DNA from: an uncultured Candidatus Saccharibacteria bacterium
GTDB taxonomy: Bacteria; Patescibacteriota; Minisyncoccia; Phycocordibacterales; UBA9973
NCBI GenBank assembly: GCA_964634365.1
Contig: CAZWJU010000001.1
Span: forward strand, 167,028 to 231,027
DNA length: 64,000 nucleotides
Direction: 5' to 3'
Made by a program: the position numbers and the translations under genes. The notes beneath the pieces were generated by a model. It did not search any database. It saw only the letters and a program-made list of their open reading frames with translations, and was not told the origin of the DNA. This document shows, in pieces, positions 28,602 to 38,745 of this stretch. Position 1 is the first letter of the stretch. Every line of letters starts with the position of its first letter.

Positions 28602-29417
28602 CTATGATCGTCTATGAAATCTCCCAAAAAGTTTCTTGCCTGGATAGAGCGGTATGAGCGGACTTGTTACTTTTTTGTATTCTTCGAACTCTACGTTGCC
28701 TACATACCTCGCCTCTGTCATAGGGATCCCGGAAACTTTTGTTATGAGGTATGTGATAGTTAGTGGACCGATAATTCCCCACCATGGAATCCCCGCAGAA
28801 AGAGAGATCAGCCACACACCCCACCACATAGTTACTTCGCCAAAATAGTTTGGATGCCGAGTTAGAGACCATAGACCACTTTTCATAATATTGCCTTTGT
28901 TTGCAGGATCTTTTAGAAAAGATGCAAGCTGTTTGTCTCCGACTGATTCGTATAGAAATCCGATTATCCAAACCCCCAATCCGACGACATCTAAAACTGT
29001 AGGAAAAAAACTGTCAGTATATTTGGATACAAGCATCACAGGAATTGAAATCAAGAGTAATAGAAAACCTTGTAACAAGAAAACTTGTAGGTAACTTCGT
29101 ATATAAAACCACCTTCCCCAATCCCCTCTCCATTTTGCATAACGAGGATCTTCGGCTTTATTCTTGTTGCGTTTGTATATATGACTCGCAAGTCTCATAC
29201 CCCATATAAAAACAAGTACTGAAATCAAAAGACTTCTCGGGTCTAGCTCGCCACCTATTATGTAGCTATATTTCAAAGAAACCAATGCGACAATAATAAA
29301 ACCAATTCCCCATCCAATATCTGCGATGTCGTTCCGCTTGTTTATGAGAGCAGCAACATACAATAAAGACATGTAAACAAATATTAACAGCGAACAAATT
29401 ATGAAAATATTTTGCAT
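28602..29417 (-). CDS. Polytopic membrane protein of the ICMT/PEMT/DUF1295 methyltransferase-like superfamily
   Basis: The product has multiple TM helices and a C-terminal RHPNYFGE motif. Confidence 0.6.
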   Translation of the reverse strand: MQNIFIICSLLIFVYMSLLYVAALINKRNDIADIGWGIGFIIVALVSLKYSYIIGGELDPRSLLISVLVFIWGMRLASHIYKRNKNKAEDPRYAKWRGDWGRWFYIRSYLQVFLLQGFLLLLISIPVMLVSKYTDSFFPTVLDVVGLGVWIIGFLYESVGDKQLASFLKDPANKGNIMKSGLWSLTRHPNYFGEVTMWWGVWLISLSAGIPWWGIIGPLTITYLITKVSGIPMTEARYVGNVEFEEYKKVTSPLIPLYPGKKLFGRFHRRS

Positions 29418-29454
29418 AAAATAATTTTAACAAAAATAGCCCCGGAGGGCTATT

Positions 29455-29889
29455 TTACATTCTGTATTTCTTTCTCTTCCATTTGTCGGCGATTTTTACG
29501 CGTGTGAGAGATCGCTCTAGTTCTGTTTCGTAGTGTTCGAAGTCTACATCCTCGGCATTGTGTTTCATCTTCATGATTTCATCTGCGCGAGCTTTTGCCT
29601 TAGATACTGCATCGTCAGTGATCTCAGATACATGCTCAGCGAAATCAGCAAGAACTTTTACCACGTTTCCAGCGACTTCAATAAACCCACCTGACACTGC
29701 CATAGGGATATATTCATCGCCTACTTTTGCAACAACGTCACCAGATGCAAGCGTTGAGATAAGCGGAATATGATCTGGGAGTATAGTGATCTCCCCTTCA
29801 GTTGTCGGCAAAGTCACCAAATCCACCGCTTCATCGAGCACGATGCGTTCTGGAGTGATGATCTTTAATTGTATTTTTTTAATGCTCAT
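29455..29889 (-). CDS. atpC: F1 ATP synthase subunit epsilon
   Basis: The product has the typical epsilon N-terminal beta-sandwich sequence and sits last in the atp operon. Confidence 0.9.
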   Translation of the reverse strand: MSIKKIQLKIITPERIVLDEAVDLVTLPTTEGEITILPDHIPLISTLASGDVVAKVGDEYIPMAVSGGFIEVAGNVVKVLADFAEHVSEITDDAVSKAKARADEIMKMKHNAEDVDFEHYETELERSLTRVKIADKWKRKKYRM

Positions 29890-29948
29890 AAATAATATAA
29901 CTTGGTAGTTTTTTTACTATAACTTCAAACCTATCACCTACAACCTGC

Positions 29949-31564
<1,616 letters not shown>

Positions 31565-31568
31565 AAAT

Positions 31569-32453
31569 TTAACTAACACTTGCCATTCCGGCACTAATTT
31601 CTGATATTTCTTTTGTGATCGCAGCCTGACGCGCTTTGTTGAACGCCAGTGTCAGATCATCGATCATTTCTCCTGCAGCTTCCGACGCATTCTTCATCGC
31701 CATCATGCGAGAGGACTGTTCAGACGCACTAGACTCTAAGAGCATTTGATACACCTGACTTCGTGCAAGTTTCTCTACAAGTGCAGACATGAGGACTTCA
31801 TACCCTGGCTCGAAAGTATAGGAATAGTTTGTAGAATGAGCCATTTGATCTAAATCTTCTACAGACTCTCGAACTTCATCTTTCGATATTGGAAGAAGCT
31901 GACGGACAACTGGTTTTTGAACAAGTGGATTTAGAAAATCTGTATAAGCAACAGATACCTTATCGTATTTTTCATTTTTGAAATCACTGATTATGAGATC
32001 TGCAATCGGCAATATTTCACGAAGTGTTGCGTTTTCTGGAAGCTCTAAGAACGAAGCGACGACATTTTGCCCGAGTCTTCGAAGTGCATTCTCGCCTTTT
32101 TTACCAACTGCAACGAAATCAATTTGCTGACCTTCGCTTTCACGGATCATTTGTAAAATCTTGCGGATAATCTGTGCGTTGTATGCACCACAGAGTCCAC
32201 GGTTGGAAGTTATGAGCACAACAAGAGACTTGCCACCTGTACGCTTTGTAAGTAATGCATGTTCTGATTCATTTTGAACAACAGACAGAGCCTCGAGTAG
32301 CGTCCAAGATTCGTGTGCATATGGACGAGACGAGACAGCTGAAGCAACGGCGCGCTTCATTTTGGAAGCAGAAACCAGCTCCATCGCTTTGGTTATCTTC
32401 TTAGTGTTTTTAACACTCTTTATTCGTCTTTTTATATCAAGTGATCCTGCCAT
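31569..32453 (-). CDS. atpG: F1 ATP synthase subunit gamma
   Basis: The product begins MAGSLDIKRRIKSVKNTKKITKAMELVSASKMKRA and has a conserved gamma C-terminus. Confidence 0.9.
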   Translation of the reverse strand: MAGSLDIKRRIKSVKNTKKITKAMELVSASKMKRAVASAVSSRPYAHESWTLLEALSVVQNESEHALLTKRTGGKSLVVLITSNRGLCGAYNAQIIRKILQMIRESEGQQIDFVAVGKKGENALRRLGQNVVASFLELPENATLREILPIADLIISDFKNEKYDKVSVAYTDFLNPLVQKPVVRQLLPISKDEVRESVEDLDQMAHSTNYSYTFEPGYEVLMSALVEKLARSQVYQMLLESSASEQSSRMMAMKNASEAAGEMIDDLTLAFNKARQAAITKEISEISAGMASVS

Positions 32454-32460
32454 AATAAAA
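32425..32460 (-). repeat. Repeat copy R1: atpG translation-initiation region (TAA-ttttatt-ATGGCAGGATCACTTGATATAAAAAG)
   Basis: This is one of three near-identical copies; see the findings. Confidence 0.8.
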
Positions 32461-32796
32461 TTAGGAACCTATTGAAAATAATAATATTATTCCTACAACT
32501 GCAAATACACAGTTAACAATCGAAACAGACATCAATGCTATATCTCCTTTTATACGTCCGACATTCTCAGTCTTTCGCATACAGCTTATCAGAGACTTAA
32601 TTACTCCACTAAGCGAAAAAATAATAGTCAAAACTACTAGAGAAATTAGCACAAGGAAAAATGGGCGTACCAAATCGCCAAGTTCAGCTTGTCTCGAGAT
32701 CAAAAAAGCAAAAGATAAGGATTCCAATATCCAAAGAATTGTCAGCGTGATATTTATTTTTATTAGTGTGTTTTTCATATCAAGTGATCCTGCCAT
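32461..32796 (-). CDS. Small 3-TM membrane protein, paralog C (the first 6 codons MAGSLD are a copy of the atpG start; the true start may be MKNT at 32778)
   Basis: It is paralogous to the two upstream ORFs in TM spacing and in the motif SLSGVIKSLISCMRKTEN. Confidence 0.5.
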   Translation of the reverse strand: MAGSLDMKNTLIKINITLTILWILESLSFAFLISRQAELGDLVRPFFLVLISLVVLTIIFSLSGVIKSLISCMRKTENVGRIKGDIALMSVSIVNCVFAVVGIILLFSIGS

Positions 32797-32806
32797 AAAT
32801 TAATAA
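32771..32806 (-). repeat. Repeat copy R2 (TAA-ttt-ATGGCAGGATCACTTGATATGAAAAAC)
   Basis: This copy is identical to R1 over about 27 nt except for 1 to 2 positions. Confidence 0.8.
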
Positions 32807-33141
32807 ATATTATTTTTGAATAAATTTGTAATTGCAAAGAAACCAACACTGCATACAAGAAGTGCTATCGATACAACACGCAACTTCCTTTCAAATCCCA
32901 ACATCAATGGATTATTCAATCGATTAATTTTTCTAGCACGCAGGAGACCTGAAACAGCAAAGACACAAGAGAACACTAGTAGGACAAAGGAAGAAATATA
33001 AGAAATCAGCATTGCCCAGAAAAAATATATATTCTGAGAATCAGCACCTAGGAAAAAAATAAGAATAATTACAACCCAAATTCCAACCAATATTTGATTG
33101 GTTCGGTAAATAAATTTTTCTGTTGTGTCTTTGTTTTCCAT
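32800..33141 (-). CDS. Small 3-TM membrane protein, paralog B
   Basis: The 113-aa product has the motif AVSGLLRARKINRLNNP between TM2 and TM3. Confidence 0.5.
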   Translation of the reverse strand: MENKDTTEKFIYRTNQILVGIWVVIILIFFLGADSQNIYFFWAMLISYISSFVLLVFSCVFAVSGLLRARKINRLNNPLMLGFERKLRVVSIALLVCSVGFFAITNLFKNNIY

Positions 33142-33154
33142 AATTGGTTAGGTT

Positions 33155-33190
33155 TATCTTTTTATATCAAGTGATTCTGCCATAAAATTA
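33155..33190 (-). repeat. Repeat copy R3 (TAA-tttt-ATGGCAGAATCACTTGATATAAAAAGATAA, forming a 9-codon mini-ORF MAESLDIKR)
   Basis: This is the third copy and differs by G to A at one position. Coordinates are +/-2. Confidence 0.75.
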
Positions 33191-33553
33191 ATGATTAAAT
33201 GAAAAAATAAATACGAGAACACAAAGTGTTAACATTCCCATAAGAATATTGGTAATTGAATACATAAACAATCCTTTATGCTTACCATCAAGAGGACTTG
33301 GGTTTTTTCTTTTAAAACCAGATAGGCGGATTATCGAAGAGATTCCAAATACTAATGAGAGTATCACCAAAAAAGGACTAATAAACATTAAAAACAAAAC
33401 AAAAATAATTCCGAAAAACGAAGTAGATTGACTAAAATATTCGCGATTATTTCCTATATTTTGGATCAATGTAATTATTAACAAGAGTACCCATGTTCCC
33501 CACAGGATTGAAATTATCTTATTTGTTTTTAGAATAAGATTTAATTTTTGCAT
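33188..33553 (-). CDS. Small 3-TM membrane protein, paralog A
   Basis: The 121-aa product has the motif GISSIIRLSGFKRKNPSP. The gene starts 3 nt after the atpA stop region. Confidence 0.5.
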   Translation of the reverse strand: MQKLNLILKTNKIISILWGTWVLLLIITLIQNIGNNREYFSQSTSFFGIIFVLFLMFISPFLVILSLVFGISSIIRLSGFKRKNPSPLDGKHKGLFMYSITNILMGMLTLCVLVFIFSFNH

Positions 33554-33555
33554 AA

Positions 33556-35058
33556 TTAGTTAAACGTGCTCTTAAAACTCTCAATCGTTTCTTTTAATTT
33601 AACTTCACTCTCATCACTCCACATTTTCTTCTCCACCACATCAGTCACAAATTCTTTACAATTTGCTTCTACATAGTCGATAAGCCCTGCTTCAAATTCC
33701 TTGATCTTCGCTACAGGTATCGTGTCCATGTATCCGCGAGTAAGTGCGTAAAGTGAGATTACTTGGTGTTGTACAAGCATCGGTGAGTACTGAGTTTGCT
33801 TGAGGAGTTCAACTGCACGGCGTCCGCGTTCGATCTGATTGCGAGTTGCTTGGTCAAGATCAGAACCGAATTGTGCAAATGCTTCTAGTTCACGGAACTG
33901 TGCAAGGTCGAGTTTCAAAGTTCCAGCCACTTTCTTCATAGCTTTGATCTGAGCAGAACCTCCCACACGAGACACAGAAAATCCGACGTTTACCGCAGGA
34001 CGAATACCTTTGTAGAAAAGGTCAGTTTCGAGGAATATCTGTCCGTCAGTGATAGAGATCACGTTTGTCGGGATGTATGCACTGATGTCTCCAGCTTGAG
34101 TTTCGATGATAGGAAGAGCTGTGATAGATCCTCCGCCGTGTTCAGGATTGCGACGACATGCACGTTCAAGAAGTCTTGAGTGAAGGTAAAAGACGTCTCC
34201 AGGATACGCTTCACGTCCTGGTGGTCGACGAAGAAGAAGCGAGATTTCACGATACGCAACTGCGTGCTTTGAAAGATCATCGTATATGATGAGCGCATCT
34301 TGGCCTTTGTGCATAAAATATTCTGCGATTGTAATACCTGCATAAGGAGCAAGGTATTGCATCGGAGATGGATCTGATGCTCCTGCCGAAACTATGACTG
34401 TATAGTCCATCGCTCCAGCTTCGCGAAGACGAGTTTCGAGTGCGCGGAGTTTTGAATCTTTTTGTCCGATAGCGACATACACGCAGATCATGTTCTGACC
34501 TTTTTGGTTCAATATTGTATCGATTGCGATTGCAGTTTTACCAGTTTGTCTGTCACCGATGATAAGCTCACGTTGTCCTCGTCCTACTGGAACAAGCGCA
34601 TCGATAGCTTTGATACCAGTTTGTACTGGTTGATCTACTGACTGACGAGTAATAACTCCCGGAGCGACGGATTCGATCGGCATATTTTTCTCTACCTTGA
34701 TATCACCTTTACCGTCGAGAGCTTGTCCGAGTGGATTAACAACACGTCCGACGATAGAGCCACCGACACCGATTTCAAGAATCTTACCTGTAAGACGAAC
34801 CTCCTGACCCTCTTTGATATTTCCGTAACCACCCAAGATGATAATACCTACTGTGTCGTCTTCTAGGTTTAAGGCTACACCTGTCGCACCATCTTCGAAA
34901 GTAACCATCTCAGACATCTTTACTCCGCGAAGTCCTGATACACGAGCAATACCATCTCCGACTTCAAGCACAGTACCTATCTCTTCACGAACAGCACCAC
35001 CATGGAAGCCGGCGATTTCATTTTTCAATTGTTCAATTATGTGTTTTGTGTTGGACAT
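33556..35058 (-). CDS. atpA: F1 ATP synthase subunit alpha
   Basis: The product has Walker [10 protein letters not shown]. Confidence 0.95.
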   Translation of the reverse strand: MSNTKHIIEQLKNEIAGFHGGAVREEIGTVLEVGDGIARVSGLRGVKMSEMVTFEDGATGVALNLEDDTVGIIILGGYGNIKEGQEVRLTGKILEIGVGGSIVGRVVNPLGQALDGKGDIKVEKNMPIESVAPGVITRQSVDQPVQTGIKAIDALVPVGRGQRELIIGDRQTGKTAIAIDTILNQKGQNMICVYVAIGQKDSKLRALETRLREAGAMDYTVIVSAGASDPSPMQYLAPYAGITIAEYFMHKGQDALIIYDDLSKHAVAYREISLLLRRPPGREAYPGDVFYLHSRLLERACRRNPEHGGGSITALPIIETQAGDISAYIPTNVISITDGQIFLETDLFYKGIRPAVNVGFSVSRVGGSAQIKAMKKVAGTLKLDLAQFRELEAFAQFGSDLDQATRNQIERGRRAVELLKQTQYSPMLVQHQVISLYALTRGYMDTIPVAKIKEFEAGLIDYVEANCKEFVTDVVEKKMWSDESEVKLKETIESFKSTFN

Positions 35059-35095
35059 ATATTAGTATTTAGTGATTAGTAGTTAGCGAACAGAA

Positions 35096-35500
35096 TTATT
35101 TTAAGAGTGCTTGTCTAAATCTGTTTATTCGACCAGAGAGACTCGCGTCTATCAGATACTCGTCAGTTTTTATTTTCCATCCTGCAATCAGTTTTTTATC
35201 TATCTTTGTTTCTACCTCTACATCATCTGCCCCTACTTCTTTTTTAAAAATGCGAACTATTTCCTTTTCATGTGATTCAGATATTTTTTCTGGGAGCACA
35301 AGCTTCGCATAGACTATCTTTTTTTGACCTGTTGCTATCTTCTCGAATTTTTCCAGTATATTATCGACTTTTCCAAGCATCCTTCTTTTTTTCAGAAATC
35401 TTGCATATGTGTGTATGATTTTTGAAACATCTTCTACACTGTGACCTTTGGATATTTCGTACAAAATGTCAGCGTATTCGGTTGTACTATTTTTTTTCAT
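35096..35500 (-). CDS. atpH: ATP synthase subunit delta (OSCP), short form
   Basis: Its position and a C-terminal OSCP-like sequence support the call. Confidence 0.75.
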   Translation of the reverse strand: MKKNSTTEYADILYEISKGHSVEDVSKIIHTYARFLKKRRMLGKVDNILEKFEKIATGQKKIVYAKLVLPEKISESHEKEIVRIFKKEVGADDVEVETKIDKKLIAGWKIKTDEYLIDASLSGRINRFRQALLK

Positions 35501-35502
35501 TG

Positions 35503-36000
35503 TTAATTAAATTCTTTTACTGCTCCTTCTGATATCTTTGACTTTAGTTTTTCATCCATAACATCACCCAGTATCTTTTCTGCACTAGACACAACCAAGT
35601 GAGCCAACTCCTTTTTGGCCTCACCGAGCATTTTTGCCTTCTCTGCTTCAAGTTCCATGCGACCATTTTCGACAAGCTTTTGTGAATCTAGAGATGCTTT
35701 TACAAGCAAATCTTCGCGAATTTTTTCTGCATCTTTTTTTGCTTCGCTTATTAATACGAGAGATTCTTTGCGAGCCTCAGCAATAATCTTTTTATATTCT
35801 TCTTCAGTTTCTAAAAGCATTTCTTTATGCTTTTTTGCGTCTGTGAGACCAGTTGCGATCTTCACACTTCTTTCATCCATCAACTTGCCAAGTGGCTTGA
35901 TAGCAAATTTATACAATACAACAATCACTATCGCAAAGTTAACCATCTGAGCAATGATAAGTTTCCAGTCTATGTGAAATGTGTCTATAAGTGAATCCAT
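35503..36000 (-). CDS. atpF: ATP synthase Fo subunit b
   Basis: An N-terminal TM is followed by a long charged helix. Confidence 0.85.
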   Translation of the reverse strand: MDSLIDTFHIDWKLIIAQMVNFAIVIVVLYKFAIKPLGKLMDERSVKIATGLTDAKKHKEMLLETEEEYKKIIAEARKESLVLISEAKKDAEKIREDLLVKASLDSQKLVENGRMELEAEKAKMLGEAKKELAHLVVSSAEKILGDVMDEKLKSKISEGAVKEFN

Positions 36001-36016
36001 TTTTATAAAAAATTAA

Positions 36017-36313
36017 TTATATTTCTCCGTAATAGCTCTTGACCCTTTTTACAAATTCATCTACATCATCTTTGTGTAGCATGTAATCATGGTAAGAACC
36101 CGTACCTTTACCCTCTTTATCAAAAACATTTTTTAACTTCAAACCTTCGCCAAGATTTTCATAATCTGCATCTAGTCCATCAACAAATCTGCTTATGTAC
36201 TGGGTTTGTCTACCACCAAGAAGCTTTCTTGCTATGTCACTCATCTTTACAAACCCTTCCATGTCACAAGGTAAATTCTCGGGATTTTGATTTTCTTCAA
36301 TTTTTATTTTCAT
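36017..36313 (-). CDS. Soluble ~98-aa protein of unknown function encoded between atpE and atpF (start taken as MKIKIEENQ)
   Basis: The ORF lies on the operon strand and fills the 390-nt c-to-b subunit gap. It has no TM helix. The longer ORF-track version overlaps atpE. Confidence 0.45.
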   Translation of the reverse strand: MKIKIEENQNPENLPCDMEGFVKMSDIARKLLGGRQTQYISRFVDGLDADYENLGEGLKLKNVFDKEGKGTGSYHDYMLHKDDVDEFVKRVKSYYGEI

Positions 36314-36390
36314 ATTGAATCTGCAGTTAGCAGATAAAGATTTACGATTTTGATTGATAGGATCAAGCTCGTAAACCCAAAATCTACCAA

Positions 36391-36621
<231 letters not shown>

Positions 36622-36686
36622 TTATAATTTGCTCCACTTAAGTGGTTGCGGAGGCTCTATGATTTTCACAGAGTCTCCGTAAACAC

Positions 36687-37607
36687 CTATGCGTGAACAT
36701 GTTTTGCTTCGCTGTGTTCAGATCCGTGCTCTTCGTGGTCTTGTGATGCGATTGTGAAATACACGAGAGTGAGCATTGAAAATATCAATGCTTGTATAAC
36801 ACCTACAAGTATCTCCAAGAACAAAAACGGTATAGGTACTGCGTATGCAACAAGCGCTGCCATAGACGCAAGCAGAACCTCTCCAGCAAAAACGTTTCCA
36901 AAAAGACGAAAAGACAGAGATGCTATTTTTGCAAATTCACCAATTATTTCAAGCAATCCAACAAAGAATGTAATGGGCGCAACAATCAAAACAGTTGGTT
37001 CGTGACGAACCTTTGTAAAAATCTGCCCCAATGCCTTTAAATTAACATATTTATTGAACATTTTCCACCCACCAATTGTGACAATACCGAAGATATTTGC
37101 CCCTATAACCGATATGATCGCAAGGGCAATAGTTGTATTTATGTCTGCTGTACCTCCACGCAAAAATGGGATAAGAAGATTCTCTCCATGATGCTCCACT
37201 ACCTGACCAACTGACCCAGAACCTGGCAAGATCCCTAGCCAGTTGTTTATCAAAACAAAAAAGAAAAGTGATATAGATAGAGGAAAAACTTTTTTTGTAA
37301 GTTTGCGATCATTTGTAACTTGATCGGCCAAAGACAGAGCACCTTCGATTATGATTTCAAAAAGATTTTGCAACTTTCCTGGAATTTCTTTTAGATTTTT
37401 TCTTATAAGAACGGATAGTAGAACAATCACCAAAACAGCTCCCCATGAGGTAACGAGTGAGTTTGTTACTGGAAATTCTTTTATCTCTGCAACAGGTTCG
37501 GCGAAAAGGGTTATTTCATGAACAATCTCTTCGCTGTGTGAAGAAACTGATTGATCTGATGTTTCCAATTCACTGATTGGTTTAGCTGTTTCTGTGGTTA
37601 CTGACAT
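36687..37607 (-). CDS. atpB: ATP synthase Fo subunit a
   Basis: The product has RLFGNVFAGE (the essential Arg). Confidence 0.9.
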   Translation of the reverse strand: MSVTTETAKPISELETSDQSVSSHSEEIVHEITLFAEPVAEIKEFPVTNSLVTSWGAVLVIVLLSVLIRKNLKEIPGKLQNLFEIIIEGALSLADQVTNDRKLTKKVFPLSISLFFFVLINNWLGILPGSGSVGQVVEHHGENLLIPFLRGGTADINTTIALAIISVIGANIFGIVTIGGWKMFNKYVNLKALGQIFTKVRHEPTVLIVAPITFFVGLLEIIGEFAKIASLSFRLFGNVFAGEVLLASMAALVAYAVPIPFLFLEILVGVIQALIFSMLTLVYFTIASQDHEEHGSEHSEAKHVHA

Positions 37608-37608
37608 T

Positions 37609-37896
37609 TTATTTTACTTCTAATTTATTTTTGCTTTCATTTTCAATATCTGAAATAGCCTTCTTGGATTGTTTGACTATTAAAACCAGAGAAACCACAA
37701 AAGCTACGGCTATAAGAGAAAAGAAAAAAATCTTACCTGTACTAAAATATTTATCTAAAAATTTACCCAGCAAAACTGCAACGATTATCGGACCAGCTAT
37801 ATATCCTGATACTTGCACAAAAAACAAAACAGCACCGCGCCACCAAATAGTATTTTTTTTGTTATATTTTTCTATTTGTGTACTATTTTGATCCAT
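37609..37896 (-). CDS. AtpZ/AtpI-like small membrane protein preceding atpB
   Basis: The 95-aa product has 2 TM helices and sits immediately upstream of atpB. Confidence 0.5.
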   Translation of the reverse strand: MDQNSTQIEKYNKKNTIWWRGAVLFFVQVSGYIAGPIIVAVLLGKFLDKYFSTGKIFFFSLIAVAFVVSLVLIVKQSKKAISDIENESKNKLEVK

Positions 37897-37927
37897 TGAT
37901 TTTATTTGAATAGTTTATTTTTGAATA

Positions 37928-37937
37928 TTGTGATCAC
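37928..37937. promoter_or_regulatory. Perfect 10-bp palindrome TGTGATCACA about 35 nt upstream of the atp operon start
   Basis: The palindrome is seen directly and is a candidate operator. Confidence 0.35.
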
Positions 37938-38065
37938 ATATAATTTACTCGTCGTCACTCGTAAATTTCTGCGATCCCGCCTCGCGATTTTGTGTGCTCA
38001 CAAAATATCGCTCCGGCTCTCACTACGGTCAAAAAATTAAAGAAGTTTAATTTTTTGACTCTCAG

Positions 38066-38137
38066 TGAGCGTGGATGGAATCGGACCATCGACCTCTGTC
38101 TTATCAGGACAGCGTTCTACCACTGAACTACACGCTC
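38066..38137 (-). tRNA. tRNA-Ile (anticodon GAU), CCA not encoded
   Basis: The reverse-complement folds as a cloverleaf: acceptor GAGCGTG/CACGCTC, D arm GTTC..GAAC, anticodon stem CTGTC/GACAG with loop CTGATAA, and T arm GATGG-TTCGATT-CCATC. An upstream TTGCTA-17-TGcTATAGT promoter lies at about 38190..38220. Confidence 0.85.
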
Positions 38138-38212
38138 AAAAACTATGATTTGAAACAAAAATGCCAAACAGCTGGCGAAAAAACTATAGCAAAAAAAACG
38201 CATATTAGCAAA

Positions 38213-38250
38213 CAAAAAACCCTCAATTTAGTGAGGGTTTTTTGTTTTAA
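38213..38250. terminator. Bidirectional intrinsic terminator (RRM protein gene)
   Basis: The hairpin aaaaaaccctcaatttagtgagggtttttt forms the terminator. Confidence 0.7.
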
Positions 38251-38253
38251 AGC

Positions 38254-38562
38254 TTAGAATTCGCGTCTTTGTGGTCTGAAACCTCCTGAGCGTGCTCCGC
38301 CTTGTGGTCTATCACCTAGAGGACGTGCTTCGCTAACAGTTAGATTGCGTCCACCGAAATCTTTACCGTTAAACATTTCGATAGCAGAATCTGCATCTGC
38401 GTCTTGTTCCATCTCAACGAAGCCGAAGCCTTTTGAGCGACCAGACATTTTATCCATGATAATTGTTGCAGATAGAACTGCACCTGCTTGCTCAAAGTGT
38501 GACTTGAGCTCGTTGTCAGTTGTACTGTAAGGTAAACCTCCAACGTATAATTTTTTCGCCAT
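38254..38562 (-). CDS. RRM-type RNA-binding protein with Gly/Arg-rich tail
   Basis: The product has RNP2 LYVGGL and RNP1 KGFGFVEM. Confidence 0.85.
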   Translation of the reverse strand: MAKKLYVGGLPYSTTDNELKSHFEQAGAVLSATIIMDKMSGRSKGFGFVEMEQDADADSAIEMFNGKDFGGRNLTVSEARPLGDRPQGGARSGGFRPQRREF

Positions 38563-38745
38563 ACATTATCGTCACGCTCCTGCCTAAACAGTGCGGACAA
38601 ACTAATCTGAGTTTCCTCAGAAATTAATAAAGTACTCCGGTACTGTTTAACTCAAAACGTTGAGGCTTAAACCTCAAAACGAACAAGACTAACTAGACGC
38701 GAGAATACAAAAAGAAGTATACCACAAATATACTAAACCAACAAG

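Noticed and set aside
32425-33190. CRISPR array (three direct repeats)
   Set aside because: The repeats are 335 to 385 bp apart, the intervening DNA is coding (paralogous ORFs), and the repeat equals the atpG start region. This is not a CRISPR array.
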